NCBI GenBank assembly: GCA_036522515.1
Contig: DATDFQ010000057.1
Span: 5,175-69,174, forward strand
DNA length: 64,000 nucleotides
Direction: 5' to 3'
DNA from: Bacteroidota bacterium
GTDB taxonomy: Bacteria; Bacteroidota; Ignavibacteria; UBA10030; SZUA-254
The notes beneath the pieces are model-generated. The model was not told the DNA's origin and searched no databases. It saw only the letters and a program-made list of their open reading frames with translations. How positions within the stretch are numbered: position 1 is the first letter of the stretch; each line of letters starts with the position of its first letter. Below are positions 37,458 through 45,856 of this stretch, in pieces. The position numbers and the translations under genes were made by a program.

Positions 37458-38591
37458 TTATTCCTTATTTCCGCCCCACGCGATCATCAGGCTGAACCGA
37501 AGCGTTCCGTCGAGGGGATGATTCTCTTCGACCGCGGAAAGGTAACTGAAATCGAACCCGTAGACATCATACCGCACGCCCGCTCCGAAGGTGAGGAACT
37601 TCCGGTTTCCGTAGTTCGGGTTTTCGTAGAAGTAGCCGAACCGCAATGCGATGAGCCTCGGGCTCCCGTACCAGTACTCGAGCCCCGTCGCAATGTCGAC
37701 CTTCTTGAGGCCGCCGTCGCCCCACGCGCTGAACAGGGCCTTCGGCAAAGGATCGACCGACGCCGGCGTGATGATCGCGAAGGTGATCGAATCGTCCACT
37801 TCAGGGCGGCGCCGGACGAGGATTCTCGTGAAGTCGAGCACGAGGTTGATGTTGTTGTATTCGGTCTTGATGATCTGGCCCGAAAACGCGAGCCGGAGGT
37901 TGGTCGGCAACGGATCGGCCTGCGCCTGGTCGATATAGGTCAGCTTCGGCCCGAGGTTCGAGAGGTCGAGGCCGATGTTCAACCGGCTGTCGAAAAACGA
38001 CGGCTTCCAGAGGGCGGCAACATCGAAGCTCACCGTCGACGCCACGCCCTGACGGTCCTGCCCCTGGACGTTGAACGGCGCGAGAGAACTTCTGATGTAC
38101 CTGAGGTTCAGTCCCACCCCGAGGTCGGAAAGAACTTTCGTGGAGTATCCCGCCGTGACCGCCATTTCGTACGCCCTGAACGTGCTGATGATGTCGGGCG
38201 TGTCCCGTGTCTCGTTAAACTCGCCCAGGCTCTCGTACGTCAGGGTCGCCGAGATCGTGCCTCCGATGTCGTCGATGTGGTTTCTGTACGCAAGATAGTC
38301 GTAAAAGAGGTCGCTCTGCTGGAACTGCGGAAGCAGATTCGAGTGGGTGATGCTGACTTCCTGGCCGGGCAGGAATGCGAGCCCCGCCGGGTTCCAGAAC
38401 GCGGCAGCCGCGTCATCGGCGAGCGCGCCGCCCGCTTCTCCCATCGCGTCCGCGCGCGCGTTCGGAGCGAGAAGCAAAAACGGCACCGCAGATTCGCCCT
38501 GCGCCTCCGCCGTCCGGGGCACTGCCAGCAGGCAGCATGCGGCGGCGATTGTGATCCAGGAGAGATTTCTCCTTGTCCGGTCTGAAATCAT
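37458..38591 (-). CDS. porV: T9SS outer-membrane shuttle protein PorV
   Basis: AQGESAVPFLLLAPNARADAMGEAG, FWNPAGLAF, NLGPKLTY, PLPTNLR, GNRKFLTFGAG, HPLDGTLRFSL. Start MISDR at 38591. Confidence 0.9.
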   Translation of the reverse strand: MISDRTRRNLSWITIAAACCLLAVPRTAEAQGESAVPFLLLAPNARADAMGEAGGALADDAAAAFWNPAGLAFLPGQEVSITHSNLLPQFQQSDLFYDYLAYRNHIDDIGGTISATLTYESLGEFNETRDTPDIISTFRAYEMAVTAGYSTKVLSDLGVGLNLRYIRSSLAPFNVQGQDRQGVASTVSFDVAALWKPSFFDSRLNIGLDLSNLGPKLTYIDQAQADPLPTNLRLAFSGQIIKTEYNNINLVLDFTRILVRRRPEVDDSITFAIITPASVDPLPKALFSAWGDGGLKKVDIATGLEYWYGSPRLIALRFGYFYENPNYGNRKFLTFGAGVRYDVYGFDFSYLSAVEENHPLDGTLRFSLMIAWGGNKE

Positions 38592-38659
38592 AGCGAGTAT
38601 CCTTTTATGAGTGGAAATGTGAGACGAATTGACCGATTCCCAGGCGTCTAGGGGATTAT

Positions 38660-38688
38660 AATGTAGCACGTTACGCCGTAATAAGCAA
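38660..38688 (-). promoter_or_regulatory. Putative sigma70 promoter of the porV operon
   Basis: Minus strand TTGCTT-N17-TACATT with a TG extension. Confidence 0.4.
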
Positions 38689-38726
38689 TTACCTGCATCA
38701 CAAGATGCCTTCATAAACTACCCCCG

Positions 38727-38812
38727 CTCGTCATCCCGGCACGCTTCTGGCCGGGATCTTCATTCTCGTGCCTTGGTAAAGATGCTGACCTGGAGCATGT
38801 CAGCATGACAAG
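38727..38812. repeat. CGTC-tagged REP inverted pair between porU and porV
   Basis: CGTCATCCCGGCACGCTTCTGGCCGGGATCT (38729-38759), a 20-nt spacer, then AGATGCTGACCTGGAGCATGTCAGCATGACA (38780-38810). Confidence 0.9.
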
Positions 38813-38835
38813 CTGGAGTGTGTCACAGCCTCTCT

Positions 38836-41800
38836 TCATCTGATAATGCTCAATTTGCCGAGGACTTCCTTCGAAAACCTGCCGTCCTGAGTCCTGGCGA
38901 TTAATTTATAAAGATAGACTCCGTTGGCGAGGAGATCGCCGTCGCGGTCGCGCCCGTCCCACGGAATCTGGACAAAATGCTCGTTGAGATTCGCTTTCTT
39001 CAGCGACTGGATCATGCGGCCGGCGACGGTGTAAATCTTGACCTCCGCGTCGACTCCGGAGACCTGGCTCTGCTCGAAGGTGAACAGGGTCGTGGAGGAG
39101 AACGGGTTGGGATAATTGTAGACGTTGGTGATATCCAACCCCGCGCCTTCCAGGACGCTGAAGATCGTCTCCGTCATGGTGGAATTGTTGTAGGTGTCCC
39201 ACGCGCGCATCCTGAGCTTGTGGCTTCCCGCCGGGAGCGTTCCGAACCGGTACTCGACCGTGCCTTCCTGGTAGGTATCCGTCTTGCTCTGATAGAACGC
39301 GCTCAGGTCGATGCTCTCGGGCTGGTCGTCAAGCCAGGCTTCCAGCCGGTGCCCGACTCCGGAGCCCGACGTGTTGATCCCGCTGACGTCGGAGAGGTCC
39401 GCAATAAATAACGGCGTTGCGCTGACGATGTCGCCCGGCCTGAATCCCCTGCTGTCGAGATAGAGCCGGAGGAGCGGACCTGTCGAGTCGGGGACCGCCG
39501 CCGAGTCGGATCCGCCCACGCGGACGTTTGCGGTATATCCCGCGCCGTCGGTGGAGCCGTTCCAGAAATAGGTGGTGATGCGTCCGAAGTCGTTCCGGTA
39601 GGAGATGTCTTTCGGCACGACGAATGTCGAGCTGATGGTTCCGTTGTTCAGCGTCGCGGCGCCCCGGAACAGGACGCTCCCTTCCGTCCTGAACGTGACG
39701 AGCCCGGCGTCGGGATCGGTGAGCTGGATCGTCCCCTGGGCGTCGTTCACGACGATCTGGGCCTGCCCGGAGACGGGGAGGATTCCCGACGATGCGGTAT
39801 CCCGGACCGTGGCGGTGACCGCCGCATGGCTGAGGGCCTGAAGCTGGGCCGTCAGCGACGCGGGCTGGTGGTTGATGCTGTCCACGGAGGCATAGAGCCG
39901 GGGAAAGGCGATGCTCAGCGCCGGATCACCCAGCAAAAAGTATTTTCTGTCGTTGTCGGTCGTCCGGATCTGCTTCGCGCGGTAGACCACGTCGCCCAGA
40001 CGCTGCGGCAACACCCGCCCCGCGCTGTCGAGCTGGAACAGGTTCTGGAACACGATCACGTTGAGCGTGGCGTTCAGGCTCTGGAACACCGGCCTCGTGG
40101 CCGAGAATGTCGCAATCGCCCCCGCGCCGGGCATAGTCTGCAGCAATTCCCCGCCGCTCTGCTGATCGAGCTGGTCGAAGGCCGAGAAATTGCACGTCGC
40201 CGCCACCAGGAAAAAATATTTCCCCTTGTTGTGAAACTGGGGGAAGTCCGTCGCGTTCACGAGACAGTGCTCGTGCGTCCACAGCTGCGGGTTGCCGTGT
40301 CCCGAAAAATTCATGATCATCGTTCCCTGGTTCACCTGGTCGATGATGGCCGCGGTCACCCCGGGCTTCCTTCGTCCTTCGGGCGTGAAGACAGTCGGAT
40401 ACTCGAACTCGTAAATCTTCTTCACGTCGAAGAGCGGCGGAATCCTGCGGGCGACGTCCTCCGCCTGGTCCATGTGCTGGGTTCCGTCGTTTTCTATCGT
40501 TCCGTTCGGGAGCACGCCCGCCAGGGCGTCGTCCGCCACGAAGGTGGCGCGGATCTTCCACGGATCCTCGACCGGGTTTGTTTCATATTCGACGATCTTG
40601 TCGACGACCGTGTTCGCCTCCTGCGCCGACCGGACTGTCAGGCGCCCCACCCCCAGGTCGACGCGCACGTTATTGTCGAGGATGGCGAAATCGTCGTCGC
40701 TGGCATAGGTGCCGAGCGGATCGAACGACTCGACGGTTTCCCACGCCGGTATCCAGTCGGGGCCGGTGGCGACAATCCTTCGATAATCGTAGTCGCCGTC
40801 GCCGAACAGCAGGAGGTACTTCGGGGGACGCGACCAGTTCGAATAGACGTACCGGAGATAATTGCGGATCGCGACGGGGCTCGGCAGGCCGCCGCCGAAT
40901 TCGTTGTAGATATCGTCGACATCGACCACGAGGGACCGCAGCGGATTCGGCGCCTGTTGCTCGCGGAAGGTTCTCAGCCGCTGCGCCGCGCCGTCAAAGT
41001 CGGGATGCGTGACGATGATGTAGTCGGCCTCCGCCGGATCGCCGTGGAGATTCTGATTGGGGACCCGCGAAAGCTGGCCCGGGGTCTTGAACCCGTTCGC
41101 GCCCACCGCGTAGAATTCTTTCGCGCTTCCCGCCGCCAGCTGAACCTGAAACGAACAGGTGTCGGCCGAGACGCGCGGGCCCGAAACGAACACGGCGCTG
41201 TCGAATTTCGTCACGTCGAACACGAGCACCGGGCCGCCGCTGAACCCCGTCACGTCGTACCCGGCCGCCGCCGAAGTATCCTGCGCCCGGAAGTTGAAGA
41301 GGTCGTTTTGCGCCTGCAGCTTCCGCCTGTAAAAGATCTCATACCAATCGACGTATCCGGTCCCTCCCACGTTCGATGTCGAATAGGCGAACCGGAGCTG
41401 GCTCTGCCCGTCCGAGAAGGCGGGCTGGATCGACCTCACGAGCACCGCGTCGGTGAGCTGCCTCGCAAGATCGTTTCCGACGTCGGTTCCGCTCAGGATC
41501 ACGTTCGCGCCGAGCTGAACCCCGTGTTCCTTGATCGCGAACGTCGAGAAATCGTGGGATTGGGCTCCGACGTGAAACCGGTAGCTGATCTGCTGGGAAT
41601 TGTCGAGGCCGGGAAGCGAAGTGACGTACGTCGCCTGCTCTCCGTTGCTCATCGGCGGGCCAAGCCATTCCTGGCCGGAGGAGAGAAGATTCACACGGTC
41701 ATCCTCGCGTGATTCCATGCCGAGAATCGTGGTGACCGCCGGGACTCCGGGCTGATTCAGGGAAGGCGAGACCGCCATCGCCTTCGCCGGCGTGTTCCCG

Positions 41801-42891
41801 TACGTCAGCCAGCAATAGTCTGTCTCGGTAAAATGGTTTATGTAATGGCTGAAGGAGCGCGTCGCCGGATTGTAGGTCCATCCCCGCACGCCCTTCGCGT
41901 AGAAGGCGACATAGTCGCCGGGATCCAACGCGCCCTGGCTTCCCCCGTCGAACGTATAGACCGCGTTTTCGATGAGGTCGTCCGCCGAGGGTGCGGTGAC
42001 GGCAGCCGGGAGCTCAAATCCGCCGTTCCCGAAGATTCGGATCGTCTTCGGATCCGTTCCCGAGGGAATCCCCGCGTTCAGCAAGGCCTGGCCTGTGAGC
42101 TTGTACACTCCGTCGGCCGCGATCGGAAACCGGTACCAGACTCCGCTGCTCAGTACGCTGTTGCGGAGGGTCGCGGCCCGGCGTCCGGGGGATCCGGAAA
42201 GGGTGGAACTGAACGCCGCCTCATTGAGCGCGAGGCCCCGGGCCATCGGGTCATTGGAGGCCGCAGCGGCGCCCTCTCCCCCGAAATTTACCCGCACGAG
42301 GATGCGGGTATATTTCCTGAGGGTCCGGAGTCCGGCGTTATACTGCATCGGTGAAATCGTGAGATCCCCGAGAATCATCCTTCTGCTCTCCCCTACGTTC
42401 TCCAGGGTGGCAATCCGGCCGGGAAGAAACTCCGTCCGAGAATACGCCGCCCGGTCGGGCGCGTAGGAACGAACCGGATCAAGTTCGCCAGGGTGGAGGC
42501 CGGCGACGGGAAGGAGCGTCACGTTGGGGATATCCTCATAATCCGCTTTCAGGATTTCGACGCTGTTCCCGGCCCGGTCCGGAAGCCGAAGAGGTATCCG
42601 GCGGACGCGCAGCTCGGGCTCACCCGGGAGCGGCCGCCCCGAAACGACAGCGCCCTCGAAATCGTACCGGACGAACTCCTGGCCCGGGGAAGGGACGCGG
42701 GAAGGCGTCCGGAATTGCGGTTCGTAGAGTACCGTGACTCCGTTTCTATCCGATTGCACGATCTGTATCTCCCTTGACCCGCCATACGACGGGGAGATGC
42801 CTCCGGATACGGTGGAGCAAAGAATAATGGATGTAAGGAGAAATGACGCCTCCTTGTTCGTGGTCGCGATATTGGTCCTGTAAGTGATCAA
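38836..42891 (-). CDS. porU: T9SS sortase PorU (gingipain C25 family)
   Basis: NFSGHG and AATC catalytic His/Cys, YLLLFGDGDYD, YFLLGDPAL, DSTGPLLRLYLD, CTD YNYPNPF. Start uncertain: the ORF extends to 42999, but a terminator at 42917-42959 suggests a start such as TTG 42891. Confidence 0.92.
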   Translation of the reverse strand: MITYRTNIATTNKEASFLLTSIILCSTVSGGISPSYGGSREIQIVQSDRNGVTVLYEPQFRTPSRVPSPGQEFVRYDFEGAVVSGRPLPGEPELRVRRIPLRLPDRAGNSVEILKADYEDIPNVTLLPVAGLHPGELDPVRSYAPDRAAYSRTEFLPGRIATLENVGESRRMILGDLTISPMQYNAGLRTLRKYTRILVRVNFGGEGAAAASNDPMARGLALNEAAFSSTLSGSPGRRAATLRNSVLSSGVWYRFPIAADGVYKLTGQALLNAGIPSGTDPKTIRIFGNGGFELPAAVTAPSADDLIENAVYTFDGGSQGALDPGDYVAFYAKGVRGWTYNPATRSFSHYINHFTETDYCWLTYGNTPAKAMAVSPSLNQPGVPAVTTILGMESREDDRVNLLSSGQEWLGPPMSNGEQATYVTSLPGLDNSQQISYRFHVGAQSHDFSTFAIKEHGVQLGANVILSGTDVGNDLARQLTDAVLVRSIQPAFSDGQSQLRFAYSTSNVGGTGYVDWYEIFYRRKLQAQNDLFNFRAQDTSAAAGYDVTGFSGGPVLVFDVTKFDSAVFVSGPRVSADTCSFQVQLAAGSAKEFYAVGANGFKTPGQLSRVPNQNLHGDPAEADYIIVTHPDFDGAAQRLRTFREQQAPNPLRSLVVDVDDIYNEFGGGLPSPVAIRNYLRYVYSNWSRPPKYLLLFGDGDYDYRRIVATGPDWIPAWETVESFDPLGTYASDDDFAILDNNVRVDLGVGRLTVRSAQEANTVVDKIVEYETNPVEDPWKIRATFVADDALAGVLPNGTIENDGTQHMDQAEDVARRIPPLFDVKKIYEFEYPTVFTPEGRRKPGVTAAIIDQVNQGTMIMNFSGHGNPQLWTHEHCLVNATDFPQFHNKGKYFFLVAATCNFSAFDQLDQQSGGELLQTMPGAGAIATFSATRPVFQSLNATLNVIVFQNLFQLDSAGRVLPQRLGDVVYRAKQIRTTDNDRKYFLLGDPALSIAFPRLYASVDSINHQPASLTAQLQALSHAAVTATVRDTASSGILPVSGQAQIVVNDAQGTIQLTDPDAGLVTFRTEGSVLFRGAATLNNGTISSTFVVPKDISYRNDFGRITTYFWNGSTDGAGYTANVRVGGSDSAAVPDSTGPLLRLYLDSRGFRPGDIVSATPLFIADLSDVSGINTSGSGVGHRLEAWLDDQPESIDLSAFYQSKTDTYQEGTVEYRFGTLPAGSHKLRMRAWDTYNNSTMTETIFSVLEGAGLDITNVYNYPNPFSSTTLFTFEQSQVSGVDAEVKIYTVAGRMIQSLKKANLNEHFVQIPWDGRDRDGDLLANGVYLYKLIARTQDGRFSKEVLGKLSIIR

Positions 42892-42916
42892 GATGCCGCA
42901 TCGTGCTGCCGTGCGT

Positions 42917-42959
42917 AAAACAAAAAGACCGAATGTCAGAGAACCCTGACATTCGGTCT
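42917..42959 (-). terminator. Intrinsic terminator
   Basis: Perfect 14-bp stem AGACCGAATGTCAG/CTGACATTCGGTCT with a 6-nt loop, followed on the minus strand by TTTTGTTTT. Confidence 0.8.
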
Positions 42960-43135
42960 GGACGGCATGATGTTCTATCATTCCGCAGCAGATTGTCAAA
43001 GGTTCCGGGTTTGAAAAAAGAAGAATTCAGCGATCAGCGCCGAATTCATCAACTCGAGGGGTTACCCCCTGGACGGAAAAAGAACCTTTAACAAAATCTC
43101 TATGCGGTCGGTCCGGTATAATAGTGAAACAATTT
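42917..43135 (-). ncRNA. Candidate structured RNA of about 200 nt (6S-like RNA or attenuator leader)
   Basis: Own promoter and terminator; long closing stem (43082-43107 with 42983-43005); GNRA-capped hairpin; G-U wobbles valid only on the minus strand. Confidence 0.55.
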
Positions 43136-43141
43136 CGAAGA

Positions 43142-43170
43142 AATATAGGAATTCTAAGGGGTAATGTCAA
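43142..43170 (-). promoter_or_regulatory. Putative strong sigma70 promoter for the candidate RNA and/or porU
   Basis: Minus strand TTGACA-N17-TATATT. Confidence 0.6.
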
Positions 43171-43178
43171 GACCCGAG

Positions 43179-43207
43179 TTGTTTATTACCCGAATAATTC
43201 GTAAATT
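43179..43207 (+). promoter_or_regulatory. Putative sigma70 promoter of the glgA-like operon
   Basis: TTGTTT-N17-TAAATT, back to back with the minus-strand promoter. Confidence 0.35.
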
Positions 43208-43248
43208 ATTTTGAAATCTCTCGTTTTTCCTACAATTTATGTGACCCA

Positions 43249-44115
43249 ATGGCCAAGCCGATAGGAATCCTCTACGTCGCGAGTGAGGCGGATCCCTTTA
43301 TCAAGTCAGGGAGTATCGGAGAACTTGCCGGCAGCCTGCCCAAGACCGTCCGATCAATGGGTCATGACATCCGTGTCATGCTTCCCGGGTACGGGAGTAT
43401 CAACACCCGCCGTTTCCAGATACACAATCTTCTCCGGATGAAGGACATCGAAATCCCCATCGGGGGAAAAATGGAGCAGGCGAGCGTGCGATCCTCTTAC
43501 CTGAACAGCGAGAATCAAAAGGTCCTGGTCTACTTCCTCGCCAACGACCGGTTTTTCAGCAGGGACGGCCTCTATTTCCACCCCTCGACCAAGAAATACT
43601 TTGCCGACAACGACGAGCGGTTCATTTTCTTCTGCCGCGGCGTTCTCGAGACGCTGAAAAAATTACGCTGGCAACCGGACATCATTCACTGCAACGACTG
43701 GCAGTGCGGACTGATCCCGGCATACCTGAACTCGATCTACAAAAACGATCCCTACTTCAAGCGGATGAAGACCGTGTTTACGGTGTTCAGCCTCGCTTCC
43801 CACGGCTCGTTCCCGAAAAATTCGTTCGAGAAAGCCGGCCTCCCCTCGCATGTCTGCGGCACGAACGGGGACGGGATGGGGCGGTTTAATTTCCTCTCTG
43901 CCGGCCTGACATTCGCGGACGTCATCACCACGCTCGGCAACCGCGCGGAGCAGGGTATCCGGATCGCGCCCCAGGACGGCGTCGACAAGATCCTGCAGGC
44001 CCGGAAGAACAGCATCGTCTCCATGGGGACGGAAACACACAACGGAAACGGAAACGGATTGCTAGCCCGAAAATTCATTGACGTCTATCGAGAGCTGGCA
44101 AAAAACGGCCGATGA
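43249..44115 (+). CDS. Glycogen/starch synthase catalytic-domain-only protein (GT5 N-terminal half)
   Basis: ILYVASEADPFIKSG, IRVMLPGYG, DNDERFIFFCRGVLE, PDIIHCNDWQCGLIP; only 288 aa. Confidence 0.85.
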   Translation: MAKPIGILYVASEADPFIKSGSIGELAGSLPKTVRSMGHDIRVMLPGYGSINTRRFQIHNLLRMKDIEIPIGGKMEQASVRSSYLNSENQKVLVYFLANDRFFSRDGLYFHPSTKKYFADNDERFIFFCRGVLETLKKLRWQPDIIHCNDWQCGLIPAYLNSIYKNDPYFKRMKTVFTVFSLASHGSFPKNSFEKAGLPSHVCGTNGDGMGRFNFLSAGLTFADVITTLGNRAEQGIRIAPQDGVDKILQARKNSIVSMGTETHNGNGNGLLARKFIDVYRELAKNGR

Positions 44116-44696
44116 ACCGTATAGGGATTTTTCTCGACCGCGACGGCACCATTAATGAAGAAGTAGATTATCTTTCCTCTCCGCTCGACCTTCACCTGAT
44201 CCCCGGCGCGGCGGACGCCATCCGCGAAGCCAACGAATCCGGATTTAAGGTATTTATCATCACCAACCAGTCCGGAATCGCCCGGGGCATCCTCACCGAG
44301 GAACGATTGGCGGAAATCCACGCGGCTCTCGTCTCCGCGCTCGCAAGGCAGCATGCGACGATCGACAAGATTTACTATTGCCCCCACCATCCCGATTTCG
44401 GAGAACCCCCCTTCCGGGCGGTCTGCAATTGCCGCAAGCCGGGAACCGGAATGATCGATGCGGCTGTTCGGGAGTTCGGGATCGACATATCGAAATCGTT
44501 CGTGATCGGCGACCGGATGATTGATGTCCAGACCGGAAACAACGCCGGCGCGGCCTCGATCCTCGTTCTCACCGGCTACGGGCGGAAAGAACTGGAACTC
44601 TGCCGCCTGAACGGGGTTCCCGTCGGGCATGTCGCCGAAGATCTCCCCGATGCAATCCACTATGTCAAGCAGACATTCCAGCAGGTGGTGTCCTAA
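44112..44696 (+). CDS. gmhB: HAD-IIIA phosphatase, GmhB-like
   Basis: FLDRDGTIN, ITNQSGIARG, YYCPHHP, CNCRKPGTGM, VIGDRMIDV. Confidence 0.88.
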   Translation: MNRIGIFLDRDGTINEEVDYLSSPLDLHLIPGAADAIREANESGFKVFIITNQSGIARGILTEERLAEIHAALVSALARQHATIDKIYYCPHHPDFGEPPFRAVCNCRKPGTGMIDAAVREFGIDISKSFVIGDRMIDVQTGNNAGAASILVLTGYGRKELELCRLNGVPVGHVAEDLPDAIHYVKQTFQQVVS

Positions 44697-45846
44697 CTTG
44701 TTCAGATCGGTTGTTCGGAAATTCGTTTCCATCTTAGCGCTCGCAAGTTTCCTCTCCGGTTGCAGCGACCAGCCCGCCGATGTGGGGATGGGCCTCCTCA
44801 CCGCGCAGGACACGCTCCATTTGGAGACACGGGTGTTCGGCGCGACGTCGGCCGCGAATTTTCTCACGAGGATCAACGGCAATTCGGGGAGGGTGCTCGT
44901 CGGCACTTTTCAGGATCTCGAGGCGAACGCGCTCATCGAATACACGGGTATCCCCAAATTCATTTCCGGCTCCACACTCGATTCCGCGACGATCACGCTC
45001 ACCGTCGATTATCGTTTCAGGGACACGACGGGGGAATTCGGAATCTCCGCCCACAACATGATCAGGCCCTGGGGGACCGCATCCTTCCGGTGGGACAGCA
45101 TTCCGGGTTCCTATGACAACGCGCTCGCGGGAGCGTATTTGAAGTCGATCTCCGCCTCGGACACCATGTCGACCCTCACCTTCCGGATCGACACGGCCCT
45201 CGTCCGGACCTGGTCGCAGACCGGAACCGGCTCGCTCCTTTTGATGCCATCTCTCACCGCGCAGATCATCCTCGGGTTCTCGACCGTGTCGAACACCCTC
45301 TCGGACTCCAGGCCGCTCCTGACCATTAACACCCGCGACAGCGCGGGGACGCCGGACACGCTCAGAATCCGCGCGCCCCGGAGCATCTTTGTCGCCAACT
45401 CGACGATTCCTGCGGCGGCCCAGCGTACGTTCATCCAGGCGGGGGTCGATTACCCGGTGCTCCTCCGGTTCGATTCGCTCGCGCTTCCCCCGAAGGTGAG
45501 CGTCGTGGAAGCTTCGCTCGAGTTTGCGATCGACGAGGGAACCTCCCTCCTGAACCGGTACTCGCGCGACTCCCTGATCGCGTACCTGACCAGGAAAGAT
45601 GTCTACCCCTACGATTCCCTCATTCTGGGAGCCGTGTGCAGCCCGGAACGGATCGGACTCCAGAAATATTACAAGGCGAACGTGAGGAACATCGTCCAGC
45701 AGTGGATCACGCACGAGCCCAATCACGGCTTGGCGATCCATTCCTATGCGGAATTCACGACTCTCGACCGGTTCGCGGTCTATGGAGCGGATGCTCCTCC
45801 GAACCTTCGGCCCAAACTGACCGTTTCCTACACTCTTTTCCCGTAG
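44662..45846 (+). CDS. Hypothetical lipoprotein (DUF4270-like by context)
   Basis: Lipobox FLSGC; beta-rich mature part; located downstream of a short glycogen-synthase-like gene, as DUF4270 is in Bacteroidota. Start uncertain (44662 or TTG 44698). Confidence 0.6.
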   Translation: MSSRHSSRWCPNLFRSVVRKFVSILALASFLSGCSDQPADVGMGLLTAQDTLHLETRVFGATSAANFLTRINGNSGRVLVGTFQDLEANALIEYTGIPKFISGSTLDSATITLTVDYRFRDTTGEFGISAHNMIRPWGTASFRWDSIPGSYDNALAGAYLKSISASDTMSTLTFRIDTALVRTWSQTGTGSLLLMPSLTAQIILGFSTVSNTLSDSRPLLTINTRDSAGTPDTLRIRAPRSIFVANSTIPAAAQRTFIQAGVDYPVLLRFDSLALPPKVSVVEASLEFAIDEGTSLLNRYSRDSLIAYLTRKDVYPYDSLILGAVCSPERIGLQKYYKANVRNIVQQWITHEPNHGLAIHSYAEFTTLDRFAVYGADAPPNLRPKLTVSYTLFP

Positions 45847-45856
45847 CGACTCCAGC

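Noticed and set aside
42892-42999. N-terminal extension of the PorU ORF to 42999, and similar long extensions in the track for panC, accD, tsaB, porV, trmH and others
   Set aside because: The extensions run through a terminator or the upstream gene; downstream starts fit family N-termini and gene coupling better.
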